A DNA stretch of 64,000 nt from Candidatus Krumholzibacteriia bacterium (GTDB lineage: Bacteria > Krumholzibacteriota > Krumholzibacteriia > LZORAL124-64-63): positions 1 through 64,000 of the forward strand of contig JBFXKG010000009.1 of the NCBI GenBank assembly GCA_050174015.1, in the 5' to 3' direction. The position numbers and the translations under genes were made by a program. This document shows positions 38,434 to 57,329 of the stretch, piece by piece. Position 1 is the first letter of the stretch, and every line of letters starts with the position of its first letter. The notes below the pieces were generated by a model. It did not search any database and had not been told where the DNA came from. It saw only the letters and a list, made by a program, of their open reading frames with translations.

Positions 38434-38978
38434 AGGTCATCCCCACGTCCCTGCCGGGGGTCGTCGTCTTCGAACCGGTGGTCCACGGCGACCGCCGCGG
38501 CTACTTCCTGGAGACGTACCGGGAGAACGAATTCGCGGCCCACGGGGCGGGGGGGCCGTTCGTGCAGGACAACCAGAGCAGCTCTCGCCGGGGGGTGCTC
38601 CGCGGCCTCCACTACCAGATCCGGCGGCCGCAGGGCAAGCTGGTGCGCGTGCTTTCCGGCAGGGTGTTCGACGTGGCCGTCGACGTCCGGCGCGGTTCGC
38701 CCGCCTTCGGCCGGTGGGTGGGGGTCGAGCTTTCCGGGGAGAACCACCGCCTGTTCTGGGTGCCGCCGGGATTCGCCCACGGTTTCCTCGTGCTCAGCGA
38801 CGTGGCGGAGTTCTTCTACAAGTGCACCGACTACTACGCCCCCGAACACGAGCGGGTGATCCGCTACGACGATCCGGACCTGGGGATCGCCTGGCCCCTG
38901 CAGGACGGGATGGAAGTGGTCGTTTCGGACAAGGACCGCGCGGGGGTTCCCCTCGCCGGAGCGGAGGTCTTCCCATGA
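38430..38978 (+). CDS. rfbC: dTDP-4-dehydrorhamnose 3,5-epimerase
   Basis: [37 protein letters not shown]. Confidence 0.95.
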   Translation: MKVIPTSLPGVVVFEPVVHGDRRGYFLETYRENEFAAHGAGGPFVQDNQSSSRRGVLRGLHYQIRRPQGKLVRVLSGRVFDVAVDVRRGSPAFGRWVGVELSGENHRLFWVPPGFAHGFLVLSDVAEFFYKCTDYYAPEHERVIRYDDPDLGIAWPLQDGMEVVVSDKDRAGVPLAGAEVFP

Positions 38979-39457
38979 GCCTGCGGATCGGCCAGGGCTG
39001 GGACAGGCACCGGCTGGTTCCCGGCAGGACCTGCATCCTGGGAGGCGTGGCCTTTCCCGGCTGCCCGGTCGGACCCCTCGGGCATTCCGACGGCGACGCC
39101 GTCTGCCATGCGGTGACCGATGCGGTCCTGGGCGCGGTCGGCGGGGGGGACATCGGCCGGTTGTTCCCCGACACCGATCCCCGCTGGGAGGGCGCCGACA
39201 GCGTCGACCTTCTGGCCCGGGCCTGGGCGCCGATCCGCGGCCGGGGCTACCGGGTGGTCAACCTGGACGTGACGGTCGTCTGCGAGCAGCCGGCGATCGC
39301 GCCGCGGGCGGCGGCGATGGCCGCCCGGCTCGCGGGGGCGCTGGAGACCGAAACCGGTCGGATCAACATCAAGGCGACCCGGGGGGAGGGCCTGGGTCCC
39401 GAGGGACGGGGCGAGTGCGTGACGGCGCAGGCGGTGGTCCTGCTGGAGAAGCCATGA
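38975..39457 (+). CDS. ispF: 2-C-methyl-D-erythritol 2,4-cyclodiphosphate synthase
   Basis: RIGQGWDRH, GHSDGD, GDIG.LFPDTD, NIKAT. Confidence 0.93.
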   Translation: MSLRIGQGWDRHRLVPGRTCILGGVAFPGCPVGPLGHSDGDAVCHAVTDAVLGAVGGGDIGRLFPDTDPRWEGADSVDLLARAWAPIRGRGYRVVNLDVTVVCEQPAIAPRAAAMAARLAGALETETGRINIKATRGEGLGPEGRGECVTAQAVVLLEKP

Positions 39458-40443
39458 AGATCGCGGTTCTGATGGGCGGGGATTCCTCGGAGCGGGACAT
39501 TTCCCTGCTGACGGGCCAGGCGGTGGTCGCGGGTCTGGAGCGGGGTGGCCACCAGGCGACCCCGCTGGACATTCCCGGGGTGGCCGCCGTCGCCGGGCTG
39601 GAGGGATTGCGGGATCACGACGTGGTGTTTCCCGCCCTGCACGGCGGCCAGGGGGAGGACGGCCATCTCCAGGCCCTGCTCGACCTGATGGGCGTGCCTT
39701 ACGCCCTGTCCGGTCCCCTGGCCAGCGCCCTGGCCATGGACAAGGGCGCCGCCAAGCGGGTGATGCGGGGCGCGGGAGTGCCCACCCCCGACTGGCTCCA
39801 GGTCACCTGGGACAAGGCCGGCGACCACCCCGAGGCGGTCGTGGGCCGGACCGGCAGCGACCGGAGTTCGGCCCTGGGGCTGGACCACATCCTGGAACGG
39901 GCGGTGGTGGAGATCGGTTTCCCCCTGGTGGTCAAGCTCAACAGCGCCGGCAGTTCGGTGGGGGTGCGCATCGTGGAATCCCCCGGGGGATTCGCCGAGG
40001 CCTTCGGGGCGGTCCTGGCCGCGGCGCCCGACCGGATCCTGGACGTGATCCTCGAGCGGTTCATCCCCGGCAGGGAGCTGACGGCGGCCATCTTCCTGGG
40101 CAGGCGCTTGCCCTTGCTGGAGATACGTCCCCGTCAGGGCTTTTACGACTACGCCAACAAGTACACCACCGGGGCCAGCGAGTACCTGGTCCCGGCGCCC
40201 GTCCACTCGCCCCTTTACGAGCAGATTTCGGGCGATGCCTTGAGGGTTTTTGATATTTTGGGCTGCCGGGGCCTGGCCCGGATCGACTTCCGCCTGGACG
40301 GGGACCGGTACTATTGCCTGGAGGTCAACACCATCCCGGGGATGACCGAAAACAGCCTCGTGCCCAAGGCCGCCGCCGCCGTCGGAATCGGGTTCGAAGC
40401 CCTGGTGGAGGATCTCTGCCTGGCGGCCCTGCAACCAAAATAG
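39454..40443 (+). CDS. ddl: D-alanine--D-alanine ligase
   Basis: GGDSSERDIS, LHGGQGEDG, GSSVG, FYDYANKY, LEVNTIPGMT.NSL.P. Confidence 0.95.
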   Translation: MKIAVLMGGDSSERDISLLTGQAVVAGLERGGHQATPLDIPGVAAVAGLEGLRDHDVVFPALHGGQGEDGHLQALLDLMGVPYALSGPLASALAMDKGAAKRVMRGAGVPTPDWLQVTWDKAGDHPEAVVGRTGSDRSSALGLDHILERAVVEIGFPLVVKLNSAGSSVGVRIVESPGGFAEAFGAVLAAAPDRILDVILERFIPGRELTAAIFLGRRLPLLEIRPRQGFYDYANKYTTGASEYLVPAPVHSPLYEQISGDALRVFDILGCRGLARIDFRLDGDRYYCLEVNTIPGMTENSLVPKAAAAVGIGFEALVEDLCLAALQPK

Positions 40444-40455
40444 TGCTTGAAGTTC

Positions 40456-40485
40456 TTGACATATCCTCGAGGGGCGTTATATATT
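40456..40485 (+). promoter_or_regulatory. sigma70 promoter of the tRNA-tuf operon
   Basis: TTGACA at 40456 and TATATT at 40480. Confidence 0.65.
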
Positions 40486-40621
40486 CCCGGACCCAAATCG
40501 GCCTCGGTCCGGCCGCCTCATGCAGCGTCTTGAGGGAGATTCCTGGACCCGGGCCGAATTTTGGCTGGATGCCGGTGAGGGCTGGCCAGCTTCGCGGCTG
40601 GATGGCTTTGCGGGAGATTGA

Positions 40622-40697
40622 GCTGGCGTAGCTCAACTGGTAGAGCTCCTCACTTGTAATGAGGTGGTTGGGGGTTCAAGTCCTCTCGCCAGCTCCA
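40622..40697 (+). tRNA. tRNA-Thr(TGT)
   Basis: Cloverleaf; anticodon arm cctca-cTTGTaa-tgagg; encoded CCA. Confidence 0.95.
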
Positions 40698-40785
40698 CCG
40701 CAAGGCAGGGATCATTGACCGGTCCCTGAGTAGAGCAACCGCCGCCCGGACCGGTGCCGGGCCAGGGCAACGCCAGGAGCAGGTC

Positions 40786-40871
40786 GGGGGGGTTCCCGAG
40801 CGGTCAAAGGGAACAGACTGTAAATCTGTCGGCAGACGCCTTCGGAGGTTCGAATCCTCCCCCCCCCACCA
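40786..40871 (+). tRNA. tRNA-Tyr(GTA)
   Basis: G7:C7 acceptor stem, acaga-ctGTAaa-tctgt, long variable arm, CCA. Confidence 0.95.
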
Positions 40872-40889
40872 CGAAAACGGCTCGATGGA

Positions 40890-40965
40890 GCGGGAATAGC
40901 TCAGTTGGCAGAGCATCAGCCTTCCAAGCTGAGGGTCGCGGGTTCGAACCCCGTTTCCCGCTCCA
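40890..40965 (+). tRNA. tRNA-Gly(TCC)
   Basis: gcgggaa acceptor, tcagc-ctTCCaa-gctga, CCA. Confidence 0.95.
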
Positions 40966-40996
40966 GCAGCTTGGCGCATGACATCGTTATAGAGGA

Positions 40997-41072
40997 GCCC
41001 ACGTAGCTCAGTCGGTAGAGCACTTGCATGGTAAGCAAGCGGTCAGCAGTTCAAGTCTGCTCGTGGGCTCCA
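40997..41072 (+). tRNA. tRNA-Thr(GGT)
   Basis: gcccacg acceptor, cttgc-atGGTaa-gcaag, CCA. Confidence 0.95.
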
Positions 41073-41212
41073 CTTTTGCGTTTCCGTAATTATTGACGAT
41101 GTTGGTGGAGTGAGTTTGCGGGTTCAGGTCCCGGTTCGGTCCCGGGAGTCGCTGGTCCTGCGAGCATGGATCGAATCAGGGTCGAGTGACCGCCCACGGG
41201 AGGATGCCGCAC

Positions 41213-42406
<1,194 letters not shown>

Positions 42407-42465
42407 AGGTCGCCGAATAGTCGGGCGGTTCCGGCGGGAACGCCGATGATCAGGAGTCGAGTCTC

Positions 42466-42615
42466 ATGCGGGACATCATTACCCTCTCCTGCAACGAATG
42501 CAAGATGAGGAACTACACGACGAAGAAGAACAAGCGCCTCCATCCGGATCGGGTGCAGTACAAGAAGTACTGCCCGCGGTGCAACAAGCACACCGATCAC
42601 AAGGAGACGCGCTGA
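42466..42615 (+). CDS. rpmG: 50S ribosomal protein L33 (Zn-binding form); absent from ORF track
   Basis: Translated by hand: [54 protein letters not shown] upstream. Confidence 0.96.
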   Translation: MRDIITLSCNECKMRNYTTKKNKRLHPDRVQYKKYCPRCNKHTDHKETR

Positions 42616-42657
42616 GGCTCGGCCGGATCCGGTTTGCCGGTTCCGGTTCGGTCCGGC

Positions 42658-42733
42658 AGGGGTGTAGCTCAGTTGGTAGAGCATCGGTCTCCAAAACCGA
42701 GGGTCGCGGGTTCGAGCCCTGCCGCCCCTGCCA
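42658..42733 (+). tRNA. tRNA-Trp(CCA)
   Basis: tcggt-ctCCAaa-accga anticodon arm, CCA end, canonical position before secE. Confidence 0.95.
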
Positions 42734-42791
42734 TTTCCAGTTTTGAGGGCGACCGGTGGGTCGTCGGGCCCTAGGCCAAAGGATCGTGGGG

Positions 42792-42983
42792 ATGCTTGCC
42801 CGATTCACAGCGTATCTGCGGGAGACGACGCAGGAGATGAAGAGGGTTTCCTGGCCCGGCATGGCCGAGCTCAAGGAATCCACCATCGTGGTGCTGATCA
42901 CCGTGACGGTGATCACCATCCTGCTGTTCGCTGCCGACAAGATCCTCGACCTGGGGATCCAGCAGTTGATAACCCTCGGCTGA
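42792..42983 (+). CDS. secE: preprotein translocase SecE
   Basis: EMKRVSWP..ELKEST.VV + single TM; synteny. Confidence 0.93.
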   Translation: MLARFTAYLRETTQEMKRVSWPGMAELKESTIVVLITVTVITILLFAADKILDLGIQQLITLG

Positions 42984-43096
42984 CAGCGGCCGGGGCAGTG
43001 GGAGTGGAAATCCAGGCGTACCGTGGAACGGGACGAGTGTCCTGTTGCTATGGTGTGTCTGTATGCGTTTCTGGAGCATAGGGAATGGGAGCCGCC

Positions 43097-43942
43097 GTGT
43101 TCGAATCCGACGAAGATCAGAACGAACGCAACAAGCAGGACGCCGCTGACCTGTTTTCGGGCCTGGAGGACGAGGACGACGCCGTCGATGACGGGGACGA
43201 CGAGCCCGCGGGCGGGTCCGACGAATCCGGCGACGACGGGGACTCCCTGTTCCTGGATCTGCCCGAGGATGAGGCTCCCGGCGAGGACGCCGAGGTCCCG
43301 GCCGGGGTGGAGGACGCCTCCGGCGGCGATCCCGAGGAGGACGAACTCCTGGCCGCGGTGGAGCTGGAGATCTCGCCCGCCGAAAAGGCCGAGATCGAGC
43401 GGCGCGGCAAGATGAAGTGGTACGTGATCCACGCCAACACCGGCCATGAGAACAAGGTCAAGCGCAACATCGAGATGGCCGTGAAGTCCAACCACATGGA
43501 GGACTACTTCGGCGAGGTGCTGGTGGCCACCCAGGAAGTGACGGAGATGAAGAACGGCAAGCGCTCCACCGTGAAGCGCAAGTTCTTCCCCAGCTACATC
43601 CTGGTCGAGATGATCATGGACAAGGAGACCCACCACTTCATCAACAGCATTCCCGGCGTCACCCGCTTCATCGGCGGCACGCCCCTGAAGCCCCAGCCCA
43701 TCACCAGGGAGGAGGTGGACCGCATCCTCGGTCGCATCTCGGCTCCCGAGGAGGGCGGGACGACCCTGGAGATCCCCTACGAGGTGGGGGACAGCGTCCA
43801 GGTGATGGACGGCCCGTTCACCGAGTGGGTCGGCGTGATCAACGAGATCAATCACGACAAGGGCAAGCTGAAGGTCATGATCTCGATTTTCGGTTCGGAG
43901 ACTCCGGTGGAACTCGATTTCCTGCAGGTCAAGCCTGTCTGA
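43097..43942 (+). CDS. nusG: transcription termination/antitermination factor NusG with acidic N-terminal extension
   Basis: KWYVIHANTGHENKV, FFPSYILVEM, DGPF, IFGSETPVELDFLQV; start uncertain (43085, 43097 or 43412). Confidence 0.93.
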   Translation: MFESDEDQNERNKQDAADLFSGLEDEDDAVDDGDDEPAGGSDESGDDGDSLFLDLPEDEAPGEDAEVPAGVEDASGGDPEEDELLAAVELEISPAEKAEIERRGKMKWYVIHANTGHENKVKRNIEMAVKSNHMEDYFGEVLVATQEVTEMKNGKRSTVKRKFFPSYILVEMIMDKETHHFINSIPGVTRFIGGTPLKPQPITREEVDRILGRISAPEEGGTTLEIPYEVGDSVQVMDGPFTEWVGVINEINHDKGKLKVMISIFGSETPVELDFLQVKPV

Positions 43943-44135
43943 GTTCCCCGTCGTCTGCGCGGCCCGGGTTTGTCTGGGCCCGGCTGCGCGGCCGCCAGCG
44001 CCCCTCTCAGCGCTTGCGGGTATTCCATAGATGAGGCCGAGCCGCGGCCGCAAAACCACGGCGGGTGTGGACTCCCCGCAGGTGGCGGACCGGAGGCGGT
44101 GAAGCCGGCTCCACTATTGAAGGAGAATGGTCGAC

Positions 44136-44558
44136 ATGGCAAAGAAAGTCATGACGCAGATCAAGTTGCAGATCAAGGCCGGGCTGGCCAATCCCGCCCC
44201 TCCGGTGGGACCTGCTCTCGGTCAGCATGGTTTGAACATCATGGAGTTCTGCAGCGCCTTCAATGAAAGGACCAAGGAGCAGATGGGCCTGGTGATCCCC
44301 GTGGTGATCACCGTCTTTGCGGATCGGAGCTTCAGCTTCATCACCAAGACGCCTCCCGCTTCGGTCCTGATCAAGAAGGCAGTCGGACTGGAATCCGGCA
44401 GCTCCGCTCCCGGCAGGACCTCCGCCGGCACCATCACGCGGGCCAAGCTCCGCGAGATCGCCGAAGTGAAGATGGTGGACCTGAACGCCGGGTCGCCCGA
44501 GGCCGCGATGAAGATCATCGCCGGCACCGCGCGCAGCATGGGGCTCGAGATCGTCTAG
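44136..44558 (+). CDS. rplK: 50S ribosomal protein L11
   Basis: [22 protein letters not shown]. Confidence 0.98.
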   Translation: MAKKVMTQIKLQIKAGLANPAPPVGPALGQHGLNIMEFCSAFNERTKEQMGLVIPVVITVFADRSFSFITKTPPASVLIKKAVGLESGSSAPGRTSAGTITRAKLREIAEVKMVDLNAGSPEAAMKIIAGTARSMGLEIV

Positions 44559-44682
44559 TCGTCGACATGACTGAGAACCCACGGCGCCGGGCCCGCAAGG
44601 GCCGGCGGGTGCCGGAGAGAGGCAGGGGGACCTGGTCCCCGCTCCTCGTCGCAACATCACAGTCAACCGGAGAGACAACCCA

Positions 44683-45372
44683 ATGAAGCACGGGAAATCC
44701 TACAAAAAAGCCCGGGAACTCTACGAGAAGCAGCGGGAATATTCCATTTCCGAGGCCCTCGGGGTTCTCGCGAACCTCCCCAAGGCGAAGTTCGACGAAT
44801 CGGTGGACATGGCGTTCAGGCTGAACGTCAACCCCAAGCACGCCGACCAGATGGTCCGCGGCACCGTGGTCCTCCCGAACGGAACCGGCAAGTCCGTGTC
44901 CGTCCTGGTGATCACCCGCGGTCCCAAGGAGCAGGAAGCCAAGGACGCCGGGGCCGACATGGTCGGCGCCGACGAGTACCTGCCCAAGATCAAGGACGGC
45001 TGGACCGATGTCGACGTCATCATCGCCACCCCCGACATGATGGGTGAGCTGGGCAAGCTGGGCCGGATCCTCGGTCCCCGCGGGCTCATGCCCAACCCGA
45101 AGGTCGGCACCGTCACCATGGACATCGCCAAGGCCGTCCGCGAAGCCAAGGCGGGCCGGATCGAGTACCGGGTCGACAAGTCCGGGATCATCCACGCCCC
45201 CATCGGCAAGCGGTCCTTCACCCCCGATCAGCTGGTGGAGAACGCCAAGACCCTGTTCCAGGAGCTGGTGCGGGTCAAGCCCGCCGCGGTCAAGGGCGTC
45301 TACGTCAAGTCGGTGTTCCTGTCCGGGACGATGACCCCTTCGATCCGCGTCGAGGCCGGCAGCCTGAACTAG
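44683..45372 (+). CDS. rplA: 50S ribosomal protein L1
   Basis: KFDESVD, RGTVVLPNGTGK, LGPRGLMPNPK. Confidence 0.98.
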   Translation: MKHGKSYKKARELYEKQREYSISEALGVLANLPKAKFDESVDMAFRLNVNPKHADQMVRGTVVLPNGTGKSVSVLVITRGPKEQEAKDAGADMVGADEYLPKIKDGWTDVDVIIATPDMMGELGKLGRILGPRGLMPNPKVGTVTMDIAKAVREAKAGRIEYRVDKSGIIHAPIGKRSFTPDQLVENAKTLFQELVRVKPAAVKGVYVKSVFLSGTMTPSIRVEAGSLN

Positions 45373-45440
45373 GCCCAGCCGGGGGTAGTTTCGCTCGGGC
45401 GCCTCTGTAGGCACCTGAATAGATCAAGGAGAGTTGCCTG

Positions 45441-45965
45441 ATGGCACGTCCAGAAAAAGTAGCCGAGGTCCAGGCGATCGCCGAAAGGATCCAGTCCGCC
45501 CAGTGCATGATCCTGGCGGACTACACGGGCCTGACGGTGGAGAAGATGACGATTTTCCGGCGGAATTGCCGGGCGCAGTCGATCGATTGCCGGGTGGTCA
45601 AGAACCGCCTGGCCCGCATCGCCGCCGACGATTCCGGGATGTCGGTCATGAAGGAGTACCTCAAGGGTCCGATGGCCATCCTCTTCGGCATGGGAAGCCA
45701 GGTCGAAGCCGCCAAGGTCGCGGTCGATTTCGCCAAGGACAACGAGGCTCTCAAGGTCAGGGGCGGGTTCGTGGACGGGAAGTATCTCGACGCGGACCAG
45801 GTCGTCGCCCTGTCCAGGACCCCGAGCCGGGAGGAGCTGCTGGCCAAGATGATGGGCAGCATCAATTCCCCCGCCTCCGGTCTCGTGGGCACGATCAACG
45901 GCGTCGCCGCCGCCCTGGCCCGCGTCATCGACGCCGCGGCCAAGCAGAAAGCCGAAGCGGCCTGA
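45441..45965 (+). CDS. rplJ: 50S ribosomal protein L10
   Basis: DYTGLTV, VVKNRL, PSREELLA; synteny. Confidence 0.96.
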   Translation: MARPEKVAEVQAIAERIQSAQCMILADYTGLTVEKMTIFRRNCRAQSIDCRVVKNRLARIAADDSGMSVMKEYLKGPMAILFGMGSQVEAAKVAVDFAKDNEALKVRGGFVDGKYLDADQVVALSRTPSREELLAKMMGSINSPASGLVGTINGVAAALARVIDAAAKQKAEAA

Positions 45966-46079
45966 CAGGGCCCGCTTCTCATCTAGCGGCTGCGGCGGCG
46001 TCCTGAAGTGTGCCGGCCGCAGCAGGAACCAGACGAACGACCGGGTCCCCGGATCCGGAAGGCAAGGAGATAGAGAACA

Positions 46080-46472
46080 ATGTCCGAGATCAACCTCAGC
46101 GCAAACGCCGCCAAGGCCCTGGAACTGATCGACACCCTGACCATCCTCGAGGCCGCCGACCTGGTCAAGGCCATGGAGGAGAAGTACGGCGTCAGCGCCG
46201 CCGCCCCGGTGGCCGTGGCCGCCGTCGCCGCCGACTCCGGCGCCGCCGCCGAAGAGGCCAAGGACGAGTTCGACGTCATGCTCACCGGCGTCGGCGACAA
46301 GAAGATCCAGGTGATCAAGGTCGTCCGGGCCATCACGGGCCTGGGTCTGAAGGAGGCCAAGGAACTGGTCGAGTCCGCTCCGGTGGCCGTCAAGGAAGGC
46401 GTGTCCAAGGCTGAAGCCGAGGACCTCAAGACCAAGCTGGAAGAGGTCGGTGCCATCATCGACCTGAAGTAG
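46080..46472 (+). CDS. rplL: 50S ribosomal protein L7/L12
   Basis: [30 protein letters not shown]. Confidence 0.98.
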   Translation: MSEINLSANAAKALELIDTLTILEAADLVKAMEEKYGVSAAAPVAVAAVAADSGAAAEEAKDEFDVMLTGVGDKKIQVIKVVRAITGLGLKEAKELVESAPVAVKEGVSKAEAEDLKTKLEEVGAIIDLK

Positions 46473-46498
46473 CCTTCTGCTTCGCCAGTCCAAGGAAC

Positions 46499-46525
46499 CC
46501 GGGGGGCCGGCAAGCGGCCCCCCGG
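46499..46525 (+). terminator. rplL-rpoB intergenic hairpin (attenuator-like)
   Basis: ccggggggccg-gcaag-cggccccccgg perfect 11-bp stem. Confidence 0.55.
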
Positions 46526-46604
46526 AAGGCCGATTCGCCCGTGATGTGATGATGCCGGCTCCGGGATGCCGGCGCCCTACCCCTTCTTCCGAGGAAGTGG
46601 TCCA

Positions 46605-50432
<3,828 letters not shown>

Positions 50433-50491
50433 ATCGGATCGTCTTTATCAGGCGGGGCCCGGACGGGGCCCGGCGCCGGAATGGAGAATAC

Positions 50492-54676
<4,185 letters not shown>

Positions 54677-54700
54677 TCCGGCTTCCGCGATGACACCACA

Positions 54701-54732
54701 GAAGGGCGGCTGCCGGGAGGCGGCCGCCCTTC
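54701..54732 (+). terminator. hairpin downstream of rpoC
   Basis: gaagggcggctgcc-ggga-ggcggccgcccttc 14-bp stem; weak U-tract. Confidence 0.65.
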
Positions 54733-54858
54733 GATTCAACGGGGAAGTCCCACTTTTTCCATGGCGCATCCTCCTTTTTTCCAGAGCTTTGTCTTGGCTC
54801 AAACCGGTGGCTGCCCGATATTGGGACGGGAGATCGACCCCAACCCGGAGGTATCGCG

Positions 54859-56205
54859 GTGGATGTCGCCCTGCTGTCCCGGATCCAGTTCGCCGTCACC
54901 ATCGGTTTCCACTACATCTACCCCCCCCTGAGCATCGGCCTGGGCCTGGTGCTGGTCCTGATGGAGGGGCTGCACCTGAAGACGGGGCGGGCGATCTACC
55001 GCCAGATGACCCGGTTCTGGGTCCGCATTTTCGGGCTGATCTTCGCCATGGGTGTCGGGACGGGGATCGTCATGGAGTTCGAGTTCGGGACCAACTGGGC
55101 GGCCTACTCGCGCTTCGTGGGCGACATCTTCGGCAGCCCGCTGGCCGCGGAGGGGATCTTCGCATTCTTCCTGGAATCGGGGTTCCTGGCGATCCTGCTG
55201 TTCGGCTGGGACCGCGTGGGCCCGCGCATGCACTTCCTGTCCACCGTTCTGGTCTGTCTGGGCGCCCATTTCAGCGCAGTGTGGATCATCGTGGCCAACA
55301 GCTGGATGCAGACGCCGACCGCCTTCCGCATCGTCGAGACGGCGGTGGGCAGGAGGGCCGAGATCACCGACTTCTGGGGCGCCGTCCTCAATCCCTCCAC
55401 CCTGGACCGGCTCAGCCACACCATCATGGGCGCCTGGCAGGCGGGGGCCTTCTTCGTGATCTCGGTCGGGGCCTTCTACCTGGTGCGCGGCCGCCACCCG
55501 GAGTTCGCCCGCAGGTCCATGGGCATCGCCCTGGGCGTGGCGATGGTCGCCTCCCTGGGCCAGCTCGCGACCGGGCATTCCAGCGCGGTGACCCTCGCCG
55601 AACATCAGCCGGCCAAGCTGGCCGCCTTCGAGGGCCACTACCGGACCGGGGGCCACGCGCCCCTGACCCTGATGGGGTGGGTCGACGAGGAAGGCGAGCG
55701 GGTGATCGGCCCGAAGATTCCCGGCCTGCTCAGCTGGCTGGTGGGCGGCTCGACCGCCACGGTGGTCCGGGGTCTCGAGGAATTCCCAGCGGACGAGCGA
55801 CCGCCCGTCCAGGCGACCTTCCAGTTCTACCACCTGATGGTGGCCATCGGCATGGGGTTGATCCTCCTCTCCTGGGGTGGGGGACTGCTGGCCTGGCGGG
55901 GGACCCTGTTCCGCAGCCGCCCCCTGCTGTGGGTGATGGTCTTCTCGGTGCTGCTGCCCCAGCTGTCCAACCAGCTCGGCTGGGCCGCCGCCGAGGTGGG
56001 CCGCCAGCCCTGGATCGTCTACGGCTTGATGAGGACCGCCGACGGGGTCAGCGACACGGTGGGCGCCGCCAGCGTGGTGGCCTCCCTGGTCCTTTTCACC
56101 CTGATCTACGTGGGGCTGCTGGTCGTCTTCCTGGTCCTGCTGGACCAGAAGATCCGCAAGGGCCCCCTGCCCGAGGATCTGGGTCCCGCCCCGGAGGTGG
56201 AGTGA
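54859..56205 (+). CDS. cydA: cytochrome bd ubiquinol oxidase subunit I
   Basis: SRIQFA.TIGFH, FEFGTNW, EGIFAFFLES, QPAKLAAFEG, EVGRQPW. Confidence 0.96.
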   Translation: MDVALLSRIQFAVTIGFHYIYPPLSIGLGLVLVLMEGLHLKTGRAIYRQMTRFWVRIFGLIFAMGVGTGIVMEFEFGTNWAAYSRFVGDIFGSPLAAEGIFAFFLESGFLAILLFGWDRVGPRMHFLSTVLVCLGAHFSAVWIIVANSWMQTPTAFRIVETAVGRRAEITDFWGAVLNPSTLDRLSHTIMGAWQAGAFFVISVGAFYLVRGRHPEFARRSMGIALGVAMVASLGQLATGHSSAVTLAEHQPAKLAAFEGHYRTGGHAPLTLMGWVDEEGERVIGPKIPGLLSWLVGGSTATVVRGLEEFPADERPPVQATFQFYHLMVAIGMGLILLSWGGGLLAWRGTLFRSRPLLWVMVFSVLLPQLSNQLGWAAAEVGRQPWIVYGLMRTADGVSDTVGAASVVASLVLFTLIYVGLLVVFLVLLDQKIRKGPLPEDLGPAPEVE

Positions 56206-57230
56206 TGGATGCCCCCGTCTACAACGAGATCTGGTACGTCCTGGTGGGGATCCTCTTCACCGGCTACGCCATCCTCGACGGTTTCGACCTGGGTGTGGGC
56301 GGACTCCACCTGTTGACGCGGACGGACACCGACCGCCGGATCCTGCTGAATTCCATCGGACCCTTCTGGGACGGCAACCAGGTCTGGCTGGTCACCGGCG
56401 GCGGAGCCCTGTTCGCCGCCTTCCCCCACGTCTACGCCACCGCCTTCAGCGGGTTCTACCTGGCCTTCATCCTGCTGCTGTTCAACCTGATCTTCCGCGG
56501 CGTGTCGATCCACGTGCGCAGCCTGCGGCCGGGCGGCCGCTGGAGGGGGTTCTGGGACTGGGCCTTCAGCCTGTCCAGCCTGTTGGCTTCCCTGCTGATC
56601 GGGGTGGCCCTGGGCAACGTGGCGTGGGGCGTGCCGATCGGTCCGGACTTCCGGTATTTCGGAAGCCTTCCGGCCCAGCTGCATCCCTATGCCCTGCTGA
56701 CCGGTGTCACGGTGGTGGCGGCCTTCCTGATGCACGGGGCCATCTACCTGGTGATGAAGACGGATGGGGAACTCAATGGGCGGGTCCGCGAATGGGTGCG
56801 GCCGGCGATCATCTTCTTCGTGATCTTGTACGCGGTGACCACCCTGGCCACCCTGCTCTACCTGCCGCAGATGGTGGAGCCGTTCCGCCGCAACCCGGTC
56901 CTGTTCCTGGTGCCCGTGGGCACGATCCTGGCCATCGCCAACATCCCCCGGGAAGTCCACCGGGGACGGGAGCTGGCCGCCTTCCTCTCCTCGAGCGCGG
57001 CCATCGCGCTGCTGCTGGGTCTGTTCGGCATCGGGATGTTCCCCGAGCTCATCCACGCCCGGCCCGATCCCTCGCGGAGCATGACCGCCTACAACGCGGC
57101 CAGCAGCACGCTCACCCTCAAGACCATGCTCGTGCTCGCCGGCATCGGCATCCCCCTGGTCCTGGGCTACACCTTCCACATCTACCGGGTGTTCCGGGGC
57201 AAGGTCAAGCTGGACGGGATGTCCTATTGA
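56205..57230 (+). CDS. cydB: cytochrome bd ubiquinol oxidase subunit II
   Basis: LDGFDLGVG, PFWDGNQVWL, FAAFP, Y.VFRGKV. Confidence 0.96.
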   Translation: MDAPVYNEIWYVLVGILFTGYAILDGFDLGVGGLHLLTRTDTDRRILLNSIGPFWDGNQVWLVTGGGALFAAFPHVYATAFSGFYLAFILLLFNLIFRGVSIHVRSLRPGGRWRGFWDWAFSLSSLLASLLIGVALGNVAWGVPIGPDFRYFGSLPAQLHPYALLTGVTVVAAFLMHGAIYLVMKTDGELNGRVREWVRPAIIFFVILYAVTTLATLLYLPQMVEPFRRNPVLFLVPVGTILAIANIPREVHRGRELAAFLSSSAAIALLLGLFGIGMFPELIHARPDPSRSMTAYNAASSTLTLKTMLVLAGIGIPLVLGYTFHIYRVFRGKVKLDGMSY

Positions 57231-57329
57231 GGACGGGGCGCACCCCTTGAAAAAGTGGTGCGCCCCGGCCGTCACAGCCCTTATCCTGCCCGGGTCGTCC
57301 ACGGCATGCAGGCAGGGGGGGATCCGGAC

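Noticed and set aside
43943..45440. L1 and L10 ribosomal leader RNAs in the nusG-rplK, rplK-rplA and rplA-rplJ gaps
   Set aside because: Hairpins exist (e.g. a GCAA-loop stem near 44585-44607), but I could not match the consensus by eye; an Rfam/Infernal search is needed.
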